The notes under the pieces are model-generated. The model did no database searches. It was not told the origin of the DNA and saw only the letters and a list, made by a program, of their open reading frames with translations. A stretch of DNA of 34,580 nucleotides from Octopus bimaculoides (lineage: Eukaryota). Below are positions 12,488 through 23,304 of this stretch, piece by piece. Both the position numbers and the translations under genes were made by a program. How positions within the stretch are numbered: position 1 is the stretch's first letter; the number at the start of each line of letters is the position of its first letter. The DNA is taken from positions 95,351,451-95,386,030 of the forward strand of contig NC_068987.1 of NCBI RefSeq assembly GCF_001194135.2. The letters are read 5' to 3'.

Positions 12488-13210
12488 ATGTCTATGTTAG
12501 CATTTTAGTGTGTGAGTATATATGTTTGCATATCCACACATCCGCATACACACACACATGTTTGAATATGAAGTAGAAAATCGTAAACAGAATACTAAAT
12601 GAAACTAACACGAACAAAACCTATAAATATATATATTAAAAATGAAACTAAAGAACCATATTAAACCTAGACATTGAAAGATAAAATCATGAAATCCAAA
12701 ACAAAGAAATTTTATTTAATAAGTGCATTAAGAATATTTCAAAATAATAAAAATATAATGTGATGACATTATGGGTCCACTGAACAATTTCGTTGTCTTA
12801 GCGATTAAGATTTTTTTAACGGCTACAAAGATGCTGTTTTACACTTCAGTTTTCTTGCTTCCTCTCCTTTCTTTGTTGCTTTTCTTATCAAGATGTTTTC
12901 CATCTGTAATAACAGCCTCGAGTGTATCTAGAAGACGTTTAAATCGAATTAGCCAACAGTTCACTGGTTAAAGTTTTACTGTCACATATGGCATGTCAAA
13001 TCTTTTTGTCCTTGGAGTTTGTAAAGCAATAATGAAAAAATATACGAAACGAAAAACATTCCTCTATTTATTTTACTATAAATATTTAACGCACACAACA
13101 GAGAAACATAGACACTCTGAAACAAATTACTCATATACAAAAAGCACATACACACACGAATGCGTACACGCACACATACACACAAAAAGACACACACACA
13201 AACACATATA

Positions 13211-13367
13211 GGCGCAGGCGTGGCTCTGTGGTAAGAAGTTTGCTTCCCAACCATATGGTCTCGGGTTCAGCGCCACTGCGCAGCATCTTGAGCAAGTGTC
13301 TTCTACAATAACCTTAGGCCGACCAAAGCCTTGTGAGTAGATTTAATTAAGAGAAACTATAAGAAAC
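13211..13367 (+). mobile_element. tRNA-derived SINE family B (CORE-like body)
   Basis: A-box-like TGGCTCTGTGGTAAG and B-box-like GGGTTCAGCGCC. Body CATCTTGAGCAAGTGTCTTCT resembles the MIR/CORE motif. GGCCGACCAAAGCCTTGTGAGT is shared with the copy at about 34500. Confidence 0.75.
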
Positions 13368-13575
13368 TTGGGGCAGACACACACACACACATAAAGGAAA
13401 ACAGAAAATGGAGATACAATTAATGGATAAGAAATTATTTATATCAATTATCATTTATTAATTAGTTACAAAAAGAATCTTGACTTACAGCTGTTTCAGT
13501 TTTGAAAATTAACTGACCGATTGTATCCACCTAGTCCAGACCATGGGTTGTTTCAGAAATACTGCCTACTTATAA

Positions 13576-14190
13576 TATCATCATCATCATCATCATTTAA
13601 CGACCATTTTCCATGCTGGCATGGGTTGGATGGTTTGACTGAAGTCTGGAGAGCCAGCGGCTGCACCTGGCTGCAATCTAATCTGGCAATGTTTCTACAG
13701 CTGAATGCCCTTCCTAATGCCAACCACTCCGAGAGTGTGGTGGGTGCTTTTTACGTGTCACCGGCACAGGAGCCAGTCAGGCGGACCTGTCATGAATCCC
13801 GTTCATATAGTGCTTTTCACGTGCCACCGGCACGGGGGCCAGTCAGGGAATACTGGCATCGGCCACGTTCGGATGGTGCTTTTTACGTGCCACTGGCACG
13901 AGAGCTGGTCAAGGGTACTAGCCACAGCTACGATATTAGTTTTCCTTGACTGAACAGGTCTTCTCAAGCATATCATATCATATGCATCAGGGGTACTCTT
14001 CACTGGGCCGGGCATGCGTGGCTGCGATCTCACTTTAGTTGCCATGTCTTCTCAATTACAGCATATCTTCTAAGTTCTCAGTATCCTGTCATTGCCTCTG
14101 TGAGGCCCAATGTTCGAAGGTCATGCTTCACTACCTCGTCCCAGGTCTTCCTGCCTCTACCTCTTCCACAGGTTCCTTCCACAGATAGGG
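13576..14190 (-). mobile_element. 3' end of RTE-type LINE (RT C-terminus, 3' UTR, (TGA)n tail)
   Basis: Minus frame LSVEGTCGRGRGRKTWDEVVKHDLRTLGLTEAM matches the GxRxRGRPxKTW C-terminal motif of RTE-clade RTs. The element ends in an (ATG/TGA)n tail at about 13576-13597. Confidence 0.75.
13744..13915. repeat. 66-bp-period tandem triplication inside LINE 3' UTR
   Basis: GTGCTTTTYACGTGYCACYGGCAC starts at 13744, 13810 and 13876. Confidence 0.9.
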
Positions 14191-14199
14191 AGTGGTACT

Positions 14200-14236
<37 letters not shown>

Positions 14237-14667
14237 GCGCGCGCACACACACACACNNNNNNNNNNNNNNNNNNNNNNNNNNNNNNNNNNNNNNNNNNNN
14301 NNNNNNNNNNNNNNNNNNNNNNNNNNNNNNNNNNNNNNNNNNNNNNNNNNNNNNNNNNNNNNNNNNNNNNNNNNNNNNNNNNNNNNNNNNNNNNNNNNNN
14401 NNNNNNNNNNNNNNNNNNNNNNNNNNNNNNNNNNNNNNNNNNNNNNNNNNNNNNNNNNNNNNNNNNNNNNNNNNNNNNNNNNNNNNNNNNNNNNNNNNNN
14501 NNNNNNNNNNNNNNNNNNNNNNNNNNNNNNNNNNNNNATATTATAAACTACCAACAAAAATAATTGGTAAGCTAACTCAAAAAAATCATCACCAAAATAG
14601 CAAAAAAAAACCACTGTGAAGGTATGTAGACTCCTCAAGAATCGATCCTTTTGATTATAATAATAAG

Positions 14668-14961
14668 AAGAAAGGAGTTACGACGCAAAAACATATATAT
14701 TAAATGAACATATTTATCTTCAATATATATTTCTGTATATTTCTGTATAAAGAAAAAATTCATTAAGAGACTTAATAAATCAAAATTCCTTTGCACATCT
14801 TCAGGAAAAAATAAATATAACACCAGAAAAACACACTCGGGTTAAAGATACAATCTGTTCATGGCAAAAATCTCACAATTACAAAAAACCGGAAAAATTT
14901 CAAAAAGAACGGTATTTATCATAAAAAATTATATATGTTTTTGCGTCGTAACTCCTTTCTT
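14668..14961. repeat. 32-bp perfect inverted repeat bounding a 230-bp spacer (MITE-like)
   Basis: AAGAAAGGAGTTACGACGCAAAAACATATATA at 14668-14699; exact reverse complement at 14930-14961. Confidence 0.85.
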
Positions 14962-15188
14962 ATTATATATATATATACATATATAAGTTCAAAAAAAGAC
15001 AAAAACAACAACGTGAGGACGTGATACGGATAGTGTTATTAGACGCTGGTGAAGCCTTGGCCAATAGTATTAGGCCAACCTTAATGTTTTAGGGTTCTAC
15101 TATCTCAATGCTAATGAAACTCGTGCACATGGCAGATTATGGTAGATTTCATAATATACATTAGTTTTAATATCTGGTTAATCCTTAA

Positions 15189-15404
15189 GGCGGCGCGCTG
15201 ACAGAAACGTTAGCACGTCGGGCGAAATGCATATCGGTATTTCGTCTGTCCTTATGTTCTGAGTTCACATTCCGCCGAGGTCGACTTTTCCTTTCATCTT
15301 TTCGGGGTCGAGAAATTAAGTACCAGTTGCGGACTGGGGTCGATCTAATCGACTGGCCCCCTCTCCTCAAAATTTCGTGCCTTGTGCCTAGAGTAGAAAT
15401 GAAT
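15189..15404 (+). mobile_element. tRNA-derived SINE family A, near full length
   Basis: 5' GGCGGCGCGCTGACAGAAACGTTAGC (A-box-like), GAGTTCACATTCC (B-box-like), body GGTCGACTTT-CCTTTCATC-TTTCGGGGTCGA, tail CCTTGTGCCTAGAGTAGAAATGAAT. Confidence 0.85.
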
Positions 15405-15429
15405 ATCTGGTTGACCTTCCTTTAGCATC

Positions 15430-16025
15430 AATTACCGCTTTTATACGGTTAAGCATTGGATCAACTAGTTTCTTTCAGATGCCAGGCGCAATTTTACTCC
15501 GGACTTCTCTCAACTTTTGATACAAATGGTATTTATCTGTAATTGTTGTGTTCCTGATAGCTTCACCAAGAGTTCCCCATAGGTTTTCGATCGGATTTAG
15601 ATCGAGACTTTGAACTGGCCAGTCCATGGGAACAATGCATGGGAACAATGCCCTGTGTCTCAAACCATTGACGAGCATTCTTTGCTGTATGATATAGAGC
15701 GTTGAAAGATAACACTGTTTTTCGACACTCCTGGGTGCAATTTAGCAATTGATGGCTCTAAAACATCCGATAACATGGAAACAAAGGTAGCTTAATTCAT
15801 CTTTCCCTGGGATAAAAGCATTTCTCCAGGTCTTGCTTGAAGGTAATCGGTTTTCAAGTGAGTATCCTCTTTTAGCTGTTTCCACGCATCATCTCCGTCT
15901 CTTTCTTCACTTTCTGCTGATGAGACATATAGTGATTTGCTAGTTTGAACGAAATGAGCATCATCACGTGGGTGATGGTCTTCCGTAAATCACCTATCTT
16001 TTTCTCTGTCGTCAAATCTCACGAT
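15430..16025 (-). mobile_element. Tc1-family transposase relic (DDE domain)
   Basis: Minus translation DWPVQSLDLNPIENLWG corresponds to the Tc1 WPxQSPDLNPIENLW motif. Upstream frameshifted pieces read HTAKNARQWFETQG and FVSMLSDVLEPSI. Confidence 0.85.
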
Positions 16026-16039
16026 GATACTTTCTTTGT

Positions 16040-16146
16040 TGTATGTATGTATGTATGTATGTACGTATGTATGTATGCATGTATGTATGTATGTACGTAT
16101 GTATATATGTACTATGTATGTATGTATGTATGTATACAAAGAGACG

Positions 16147-16203
<57 letters not shown>
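16040..16203. repeat. (TATG)n followed by (GA)n microsatellites
   Basis: Direct reading. Confidence 0.95.
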
Positions 16204-16206
<3 letters not shown>

Positions 16207-16786
16207 CCAAGATGCTAATATAGATTTTATGTGCAAGTTTATGATGCTCTAATTAGTATACATCAGATATATGAAGTTCTTGGAGATATAACAGCAACAG
16301 ATCAAATGCCACCAAATCAGCAAATGGAACATTAAATTGTTCTGTAATACAAGAGCTGTTTAGCAAATCTACCTGCAATTTTTGTTATTACGACAATGCC
16401 TTTTTTTCTTTTGGCCACCTTAAAGACAAATAAGGAGGGGTTGATTTTCATGTTTTTCGTTACATACACGGTGACGCATTTTTTCTTTTAATCCTCCAAA
16501 GAGAAAGCACGGGAATTTGTTACGGTGCTAAATATACTAAAGAATGGATAGGTTAAACAGACACTCACATACACACACAGGCAACTCACATATAAATGTG
16601 TGTATGCATACATGTATGTGTAAGTTTACATTCTTTTTCTTCATGACCTGTAATCTAGCGGTTCTATGAGGACTGATCGAAATATAAGCTGAAATTGATA
16701 TGGAAGATTAAATCCTGATAGCAAGATGTGTACATCTTGTAGTTATTAAAAATGTTTATGAGCGTGCTGTAGTAGATAAGATATAT

Positions 16787-17181
16787 AAGTTATATACCAG
16801 GCATGTCTTGGAGACCTCTTGACAGATATCTTCTGAAACTGGTAACATAACAGGAGATATCTTAGATACATAACATAACTCAGCCTGTTTTAGTGTTGCT
16901 GAAAGTTGAGCTCATCCAGAAGATTTTACGAAATATTCTGGCTTGCAGCTCTGGTTGATCATGTGTTTAAAATTTTGGTGAGTAAATGAAGGCACTTATC
17001 ATCAATGATTTTTTTCGTTGACTTGCAATACCAACCTCCTGTTGATTCCGAATAAATCAATCATACATGCGCCATACAGGCACACATGCCATAGTACACA
17101 TGCGCTAACACCCTTACGCACAGGCATTTGTATTTTAAACAGATGTCAAGAGGTCTCCAAGACAAGCCTGGTATATAACTT
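16787..17181. repeat. 38-bp inverted repeat (37/38 match) bounding a 319-bp spacer (MITE-like)
   Basis: AAGTTATATACCAGGCATGTCTTGGAGACCTCTTGACA at 16787-16824 versus TGTCAAGAGGTCTCCAAGACAAGCCTGGTATATAACTT at 17144-17181. Confidence 0.85.
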
Positions 17182-17519
17182 TAAAGCTCCATGGAAGATA
17201 ACCCAAAGCGAGCGATTTGTCCCTCGCGCTCTCGTTCTTTCTTGTTTTAGTATACAATCCATGGCTCTGAGAATGCGTCCTTTCAGCTTTGCTATGATAT
17301 AATGATCGAGCACATTATTGTCTCTAGCATGTCCTTCACGTGTTTCCCAATCACCTCTTCCAGATGACCAACTTACTCTTCTTCCAATATATTTTGTTTT
17401 ATACTATTGCTATCGATTGCGATTTATTCATCTTCTTCAGTGCACCCATCTAACTGCTAAGTTTGTCCCACGCACTCTTTAATGATTCAGTCAAATTTTC
17501 AAAACGAGACTGATTACAA

Positions 17520-17707
17520 ATTTTGACCCAAGGCCAGCAATTTCTTTGAAGGTCTATTACATTGACTCCGGTGTTCAACTGGTACTTATTCTATCAAACG
17601 ATGAAAGTCCACTCCGGCGGCATTCGAACTCAGAACATAAAGTTGGAGAAAGTACTGCTAAGCATTTTATCAGGCGTGCTAATATTTCTGCCAGCCCGCC
17701 GCCTTAA
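17520..17707 (-). mobile_element. SINE family A copy
   Basis: CGGCGGCATTCGAACTCAGAAC...GCTAAGCATTT...GCGTGCTAATATTTCTGCCAGCCCGCCGCCTTAA. Confidence 0.8.
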
Positions 17708-17721
17708 ATTGCCAATAATAT

Positions 17722-17972
17722 TCCTTTCTACACTAGGCACAGAGCCTGAAATTCGGGAGCAAGAGACGAGGCGATTACGTCGGCCACAATGCTTAACTGG
17801 AACTTATTTTATTGGCTCCCAAAGGACGAAAAGTAAAGTCGATCCTGGTGGTGTTTGAACGGTGGGATTAAGACGGATGAAATGCCGCTAAACATGGTGG
17901 TATAAAGACGGACGAAATGTCGCTAAAGATTGTGTCCAACATGCTAATGATTCTGCTAGTTCGCCCCTTTAA
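17722..17972 (-). mobile_element. SINE family A copy with an internal duplication
   Basis: Tail CTAGGCACAGAGCCTGAAATT; AAGACGGAYGAAATGYCGCTAAA occurs twice at about 17870-17928. Confidence 0.75.
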
Positions 17973-17984
17973 ATTACCAATAAT

Positions 17985-18213
17985 ATTGGTTCCAAATTTT
18001 GACAGAAAACCAGAAATTTCGGGGGAAAGGTTAAGTCCGTTACATTGACACCCCCATGCTCCAGTGTCCAACTGGTGCATATTTTATCGAACCTCGAAGG
18101 ATGAAAGGCAAAGTCAACCTCGGCGAAATTTGAACTAGGAACGTAAAGACGGTCGAAATGCCGCTAAGCATTTTGTCCATCGTGCTAAGAATCCTGCCAA
18201 CTTGCTGTCTTAA
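17985..18213 (-). mobile_element. SINE family A copy
   Basis: GGATGAAAGGCAAAGTCAACCTCGGCGAAATTTGAACT...GAAATGCCGCTAAGCATTTTGTCC. Confidence 0.8.
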
Positions 18214-18233
18214 ATTTTGAAATCAATATCATT

Positions 18234-18443
18234 GGTAAGTTTAGCTCGTGGGCCGAAAAGCTTACCGGCATTTCGTCCGTCTTTATGTTCTATGTTCAAA
18301 TTCGGCCGATGTCGACTTTGACTTCCATTTTTTCGGTGTTGATAAAATAAATACCAGTTGAACACTGGTGTCGACGTAATAGACTTCACTCCGCCCCCTG
18401 AAATGGCTAGGCTGTGCCAAAATTTGAAACCAATAGTAAGAAT
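18234..18443 (+). mobile_element. SINE family A copy (opposite orientation)
   Basis: GGCATTTCGTCCGTCTTTATGTTCTATGTTCAAATTCGGCCGATGTCGACTTTG...TACCAGTTGAACACTGG. Confidence 0.8.
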
Positions 18444-18649
18444 TGTTTCTAATTTAGACACATTGCTAGTAGTCATTTTTGGCTGTAGGATTATTCGATA
18501 TCACTGAATACAGAACTTGACAGAATGTTTTTATCAACCGCGGAGGGAAGGAATGCAAATTTAACAGATTTGAATTCAGATTATTAAAAAAAAACGGAAA
18601 ATATATTGTAGGAATCAGATGACTCTACAAGTCAAGCCCCGATAATCTA

Positions 18650-18960
18650 ACGTTTCCAATTTCGATACAAGACCAGCAGTTTTAAGTGGAGAGGTTAGTC
18701 GAGCACATCGATATCAGTGCGAGATTTAAAGCAAATATACCGAGGATGGATGCGTTCATTGCCTTAACATTTCAGACGATTCACTGCATTTTATACCTTT
18801 CTAGTTGAGGCGAAAGGCCAGTAACTTGAAGGGAGGGGTTAGTCGGTTTCATTGACCCATATACTTGACTGGTTCTTTAAGGGTGAAAAATAAAATTTAT
18901 CTCAGCGGAGATTTAAATTGAGAAGGTCAAAACTTGAAACAAATGTCACGAAATAATCTT
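18650..18960 (-). mobile_element. Degenerate SINE family A tail fragments (two)
   Basis: Fragments AGGTTAGTCGAGCACATCGA and GGGGTTAGTCGGTTTCATTGACCC resemble the family A 3' region. Confidence 0.45.
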
Positions 18961-19109
18961 GCCGGCGTTGGCCTCTTGTGCTAATACCAGAATTGGCTAA
19001 TGTTATTAATGTTTTATTGTTTTATTTGTAGATGTCCCAAAGAATCAATCATCGGAATAAATTATCTTTCGGCATATATTTGCTTCCTTTTATATTGTGA
19101 TTTCAAAAC

Positions 19110-19222
19110 CTTCCAACGCTGAGTTTACTCTTCATATCTCTTGGATCTGTAAAATAATCACATGTCAGGTACTGGCAATACCTCTCTTCCCCGCCCCCAA
19201 ATTTGTGTGACACTGTACCACC

Positions 19223-19225
<3 letters not shown>
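19110..19225 (+). mobile_element. Degenerate SINE family A fragment ending in an (ATT)n tail
   Basis: GAGTTTACTCTTCAT...CCCGCCCCCAAATTTGTGTGAC followed by (ATT)n. Confidence 0.4.
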
Positions 19226-19254
<29 letters not shown>

Positions 19255-19299
19255 TACTGAACATCTTGTCACTCCAAAGATAGAAAGAAACGAAATATT

Positions 19300-20170
19300 C
19301 CAATAATTCGTTACATTTATCACCTCTTTACATTTATCGCTCTCTTTAAAAAGTCGCTTTTTCATCTTTCTCGTATTTTTCGTTTTCACCTTATATTATT
19401 CGGCATTTATTTTGAATATTTGAAATATATTTTAAATTTCTTGATTTTCATTTTTATCGTTTAAATATTTTACTCAATTCAACAAATATTTTGTATTTTA
19501 TTTCTATTTTTTTTATTTTTCAGTTCCCTTTAATCATTTCACACTTCCTTTTACTTTTTTCAATTTCATTTGACTTCCGCTGTTTTCAACTTTTCTTTCT
19601 TAATTTTTTATTTCTATTTCCTTATTTTTGTAATTAATTTTTAAATCTTTCTTAAGTGTTTTGTTCTTTTTTTTCTTCCTCGTTTTAATCTTTTATTTTT
19701 CTTTATTCGTCAAAACATTCCTTCCTTGATTCGCTTTCCCATCATCTTTCCCATCTGTTTCTTTTCTCTGTTTTATATTTATCTTTTCTTTCTTTTCAAT
19801 TTCTTATTTTTATATGTCTTCTCTTTCTTCCCCTCTTAACTTTTTCTTAAACTCATTAACATATTAACTTTTAACTTGCTCACAACACTTGATATTTTTA
19901 TCCCTCCTCTCTTACGCAATCCCTTGAGGATATCGCCATCGCCATATTTTTTTATCTCTATCACCTTTTCCTTCCCTCTTTTATTATTACTAGTTTTCTG
20001 AGATCTATTTTATTTTTCATTCACTACATACCTCTGTTGTTTTTCTTCCTTTACGCTGTGTAATTTCCCATGACTGCATTCTTTTCGTCTGCATTGCTTG
20101 CCTCCATAATCAAAAATTATGTCATTCTGTTTCTCATCTCATCCACAGTGTTAGATTTCTTTGTTTTTTT
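19300..20170. repeat. Low-complexity T/C-rich tract
   Basis: The plus strand is visibly dominated by T and C, with few G. Confidence 0.7.
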
Positions 20171-22105
20171 TTTCGGTGAGTCAAATATTTCAGCTCTCCT
20201 TCTCTATTGCGTTTTTGATATTTCTTTTCCTTAAAGTTCTAACAAATAAAAAAAAGCACACCAGACAAATTCAACTTGGCTGTGTATCACATGTTTGTGG
20301 GTTTTCTTTTATTTCAATATGCAAGTTGACAGAGTCACAAGAGAGGTAAAACAAAAATTGTATGAGCAGCGAGGGATCTTTTATCATGTAACAGGACTGA
20401 AGTCACGTGTTATCGAGATTTCTTGACTGAAGCTTTCATGGAACTTATTTATATTTCCAAATATCTATAAACAAAAATTTATACGTTTATAAACATTATA
20501 AAAATTAGAATGAAAACTTCGACGTGTTAAGTATTTATGTCACACAACGTTTACTCTAAATAAAAAAACTTACCGTAAAAGCTATATTATTTCACCTAAA
20601 ATATGATATGGGGAAACGAGGCTGCGAATGTAAGCCTAGAACAATATCTAATATTACTGTCAGCCAAATTAAAAAGAGTATAACTAAAGAAGTTTAACTT
20701 GTCCGGAAAAAAAGCTCTTTGTTTTTCTAATTCGTTGATGAATGTGCTGTTCACGATGTAGTAATACAAGATTTTGCTTATAAGCAAACTGACAAATGTC
20801 ATATTTGTATATTCTATTGCAATATTTTCATCACATTAAAACGATTATTTGAGAGAGCAAGAAGAGAGTTAATTCTGGATGAAGATTCATTTCGGTTAGA
20901 AACGAATCCGTTTCACTGTCATGACAGCATTGTGCTGAACGTCAACAATCTACATTTTCTTCCACTCCGTCAATGTGATTGCATGCTATGTTATATGTAA
21001 GAAAATATTACATTTGTCATCCATAAATTATGTTCCATCATAAACAAGAGATTGGTATCATGTAGAAGAGAGTTTGGCCTTCGAAGGTATTTATTTCCGT
21101 GCACGTATATACTTAATTCAACTTGGAAAGAGCGAATGTCACATTTTCGTTTGTCTTGTTTGAAATTATGACGCTATATTTATTGATTAATAAGAATTAC
21201 TGTTCTGCACATTTAAGTTGTGTCCAATTCTATATAAGGATTTGAAAGTATATGTAATCTAATTTAGTGATCCATTAGTGAAATTAATATATTTGAATTT
21301 AATCCGCTATTGGATTTTAAATATGCCATTGGCACCTTAATTTTCATGTCACGTGTACAACGTACGCAACCCTTCTTCACAGTGTGTTTTGCAGATTGTT
21401 CAAATTCACTAGTACCAAATAATGAAGCCCTCCTTTTAATAGGAAATTGTACATACACTCCCATACACATTTACAGCTTTGTAAAATGACGGAAGAAATT
21501 TAAGAGTACGATTTCGAGCAAAGCTGGTAACAGCATACAGATTGTTAACGATTTTGACTGTAGCTTTCATCATAGAAAGTCAGATTTCCACAGAATTTAT
21601 TTTATGAGACAATGATTTGAAATATATAAACGAATATTTCATCGTCTTAAATTAATATATCTCCTGTGTGGTTTATAAAAGTTGTTATATTTTGGTTCTC
21701 TGTAAAGTTTATCGTGTTTTGAATACCTCTATTATTCATTTTTGTTCGTTTTTTTTAACGCATATTTTATATTTTGTTTGTATTTTTACTTACTGTATTT
21801 TTACTACGTAATCATTGGTTACCTTCAAGGCAGAAATATTAGTGTTGCATCAACGAGTTTGTGAGTCGTGAAATAAACTGCTCAATAGTACAACAGTTAC
21901 TGCCGGGAAAATAAAGCTCTTTCTTTATGATACATTTTATAACATCAAGTAGACATTTGCTGGAATAATAAAATATGGCACAATATGTTAAGTAGCATTT
22001 AATTTTATCAAAACTAAAAAAAAAACGAATAACAGAAACATGATTGAAAATTTGAGAAAAATCTTCATAGAAACCGAGAAGTTTCAGATAAAAATAAAAA
22101 TATGT

Positions 22106-22107
<2 letters not shown>

Positions 22108-22156
<49 letters not shown>
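22108..22156. repeat. (AAT)n microsatellite
   Basis: Direct reading; explains the poly-N ORF. Confidence 0.95.
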
Positions 22157-22157
<1 letters not shown>

Positions 22158-22399
22158 GGCGCAATTGGTGGTAACTAACGATGAGCAATGTTGTAATGCC
22201 AACGTTAAAGTAACTGTAACGGTATTAATGGCGGAGTCGACAATAGTGGTAGAGAGAAAAAAACGCCTCTACATCTTCCACAATACAGGGCGCAATACTA
22301 ATAATTTTAATGTAGCACAAATATGTCTAACGAAGCAAAAAGGAAAATTACAACAGTGCACCAAATCGCTTGTCCTATGGTTAATCTACAAGCGCGTCT

Positions 22400-22700
22400 C
22401 ACATGAGAGAACTAGACTGGCAACGAAAAGTCATCCACTGGCACAAACTCTTCCCAGAATACGAATCTGCATGGTCACTGGAATGGGAACTGCCTCAACT
22501 CGAGCCCACCAAGTCTACCACCACACCCACCACTGAAAGAAAAATGTAACAGGATCAAATGAATCCGAGAAGAGTATACAGAAGTAATATACGCTTATTG
22601 CTATGCATTAGGCTGGCCATCTGAAGAGAAAAACACCGCACACTCTTATAATGATATGGAGAACACGAAATCAAGACAACAGGCTATATGTGGACGAAAA
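22400..22700 (+). mobile_element. Possible highly decayed LINE RT C-terminal fragment
   Basis: Broken frames YESAWSL and AGHLKRKTPHTLIMIW weakly resemble the YGSEAWTL and AGH..R...W motifs of RTE-like RTs. Confidence 0.3.
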
Positions 22701-22725
22701 CAAGTTAGCAAATGTTAGGATGGAA

Positions 22726-22887
22726 TACTCTAGACACAAGGCCCAAAATTTTGGGTGGGAGGGGGTAACTCGATTAGATCGACCCCGAAAGGATCAAAAG
22801 CAAAGTCGACCTCCGCAGAATTTGAACTCAGAACGTAAAGACAGACGAAATACCGCTAAGCATTTCGCCCGGTGTGCTAACGATTCT
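22726..22887 (-). mobile_element. SINE family A copy, 5'-truncated, with an internal deletion of about 32 bp
   Basis: CTAGACACAAGGCCC tail and AAAGTCGACCTCCGCAGAATTTGAACTCAGAACG; only one ATCGACCCC instead of two. Confidence 0.85.
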
Positions 22888-22888
22888 T

Positions 22889-23112
22889 ATTTCTTTATTG
22901 TCCACAAGGGGCTAAACATAGAAGGGACAAACAAAGACAGACAAATTATTACATCGACCCCAGTGCGTAGCTAGTACTTAATTTATCGAGCCCGAAAGTA
23001 TGAAAGGCAAAGTCGACCTCGGAGGAATTTGAACTCAGAACATAACGGCAGACGAAATACCGCTAAGCATTTCGCCCGGCGTGCTAACGTTTCTGTCAGC
23101 TCGCCGCCCTAA
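22889..23112 (-). mobile_element. SINE family A copy with alternative 3' tail
   Basis: Full head to TCGCCGCCCTAA; tail CCACAAGGGGCTAAACATAGAAGGGACAAACAAAGACAGACAAA. Confidence 0.85.
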
Positions 23113-23304
23113 AGATAAGAAATATTAGAAAAGTGAATGTGAATGACAAGTGAGAACAGAAGAACCTGAAAAGTGCAACAATTAAAATGAATAAAAAAGG
23201 AACAGAGAAGTAAAAGTGATGTCTGTAATTTGAAGTAAAGAACAGGAAAGCTTCAAAAGCAAACACATAAATAAATCAATAGTATAATGTAAACTGAAGA
23301 TCGA

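Noticed and set aside
13493-13510. GAAACAGCTGTA motif on the minus strand here and at about 8183-8196 (hammerhead helix III-like palindrome)
   Set aside because: No CUGANGA core lies at a compatible distance on either side; at best these are degenerate remnants.
13744-13915. CRISPR-like repeat-spacer array
   Set aside because: Only three degenerate units inside a LINE 3' UTR, in a eukaryotic context with no cas genes.
15917-15966. CTGATGAG...CGAAATGAGCATC hammerhead-like spacing
   Set aside because: Helices I and II do not pair, and the site lies inside the Tc1 relic.
17200-17509. Minus-strand coding-like pieces SRFENLTESLKSAWDKLSS*MGALKK...
   Set aside because: It has multiple stops and frame changes, and the apparent acceptor abuts a SINE tail, so it is too weak to call.
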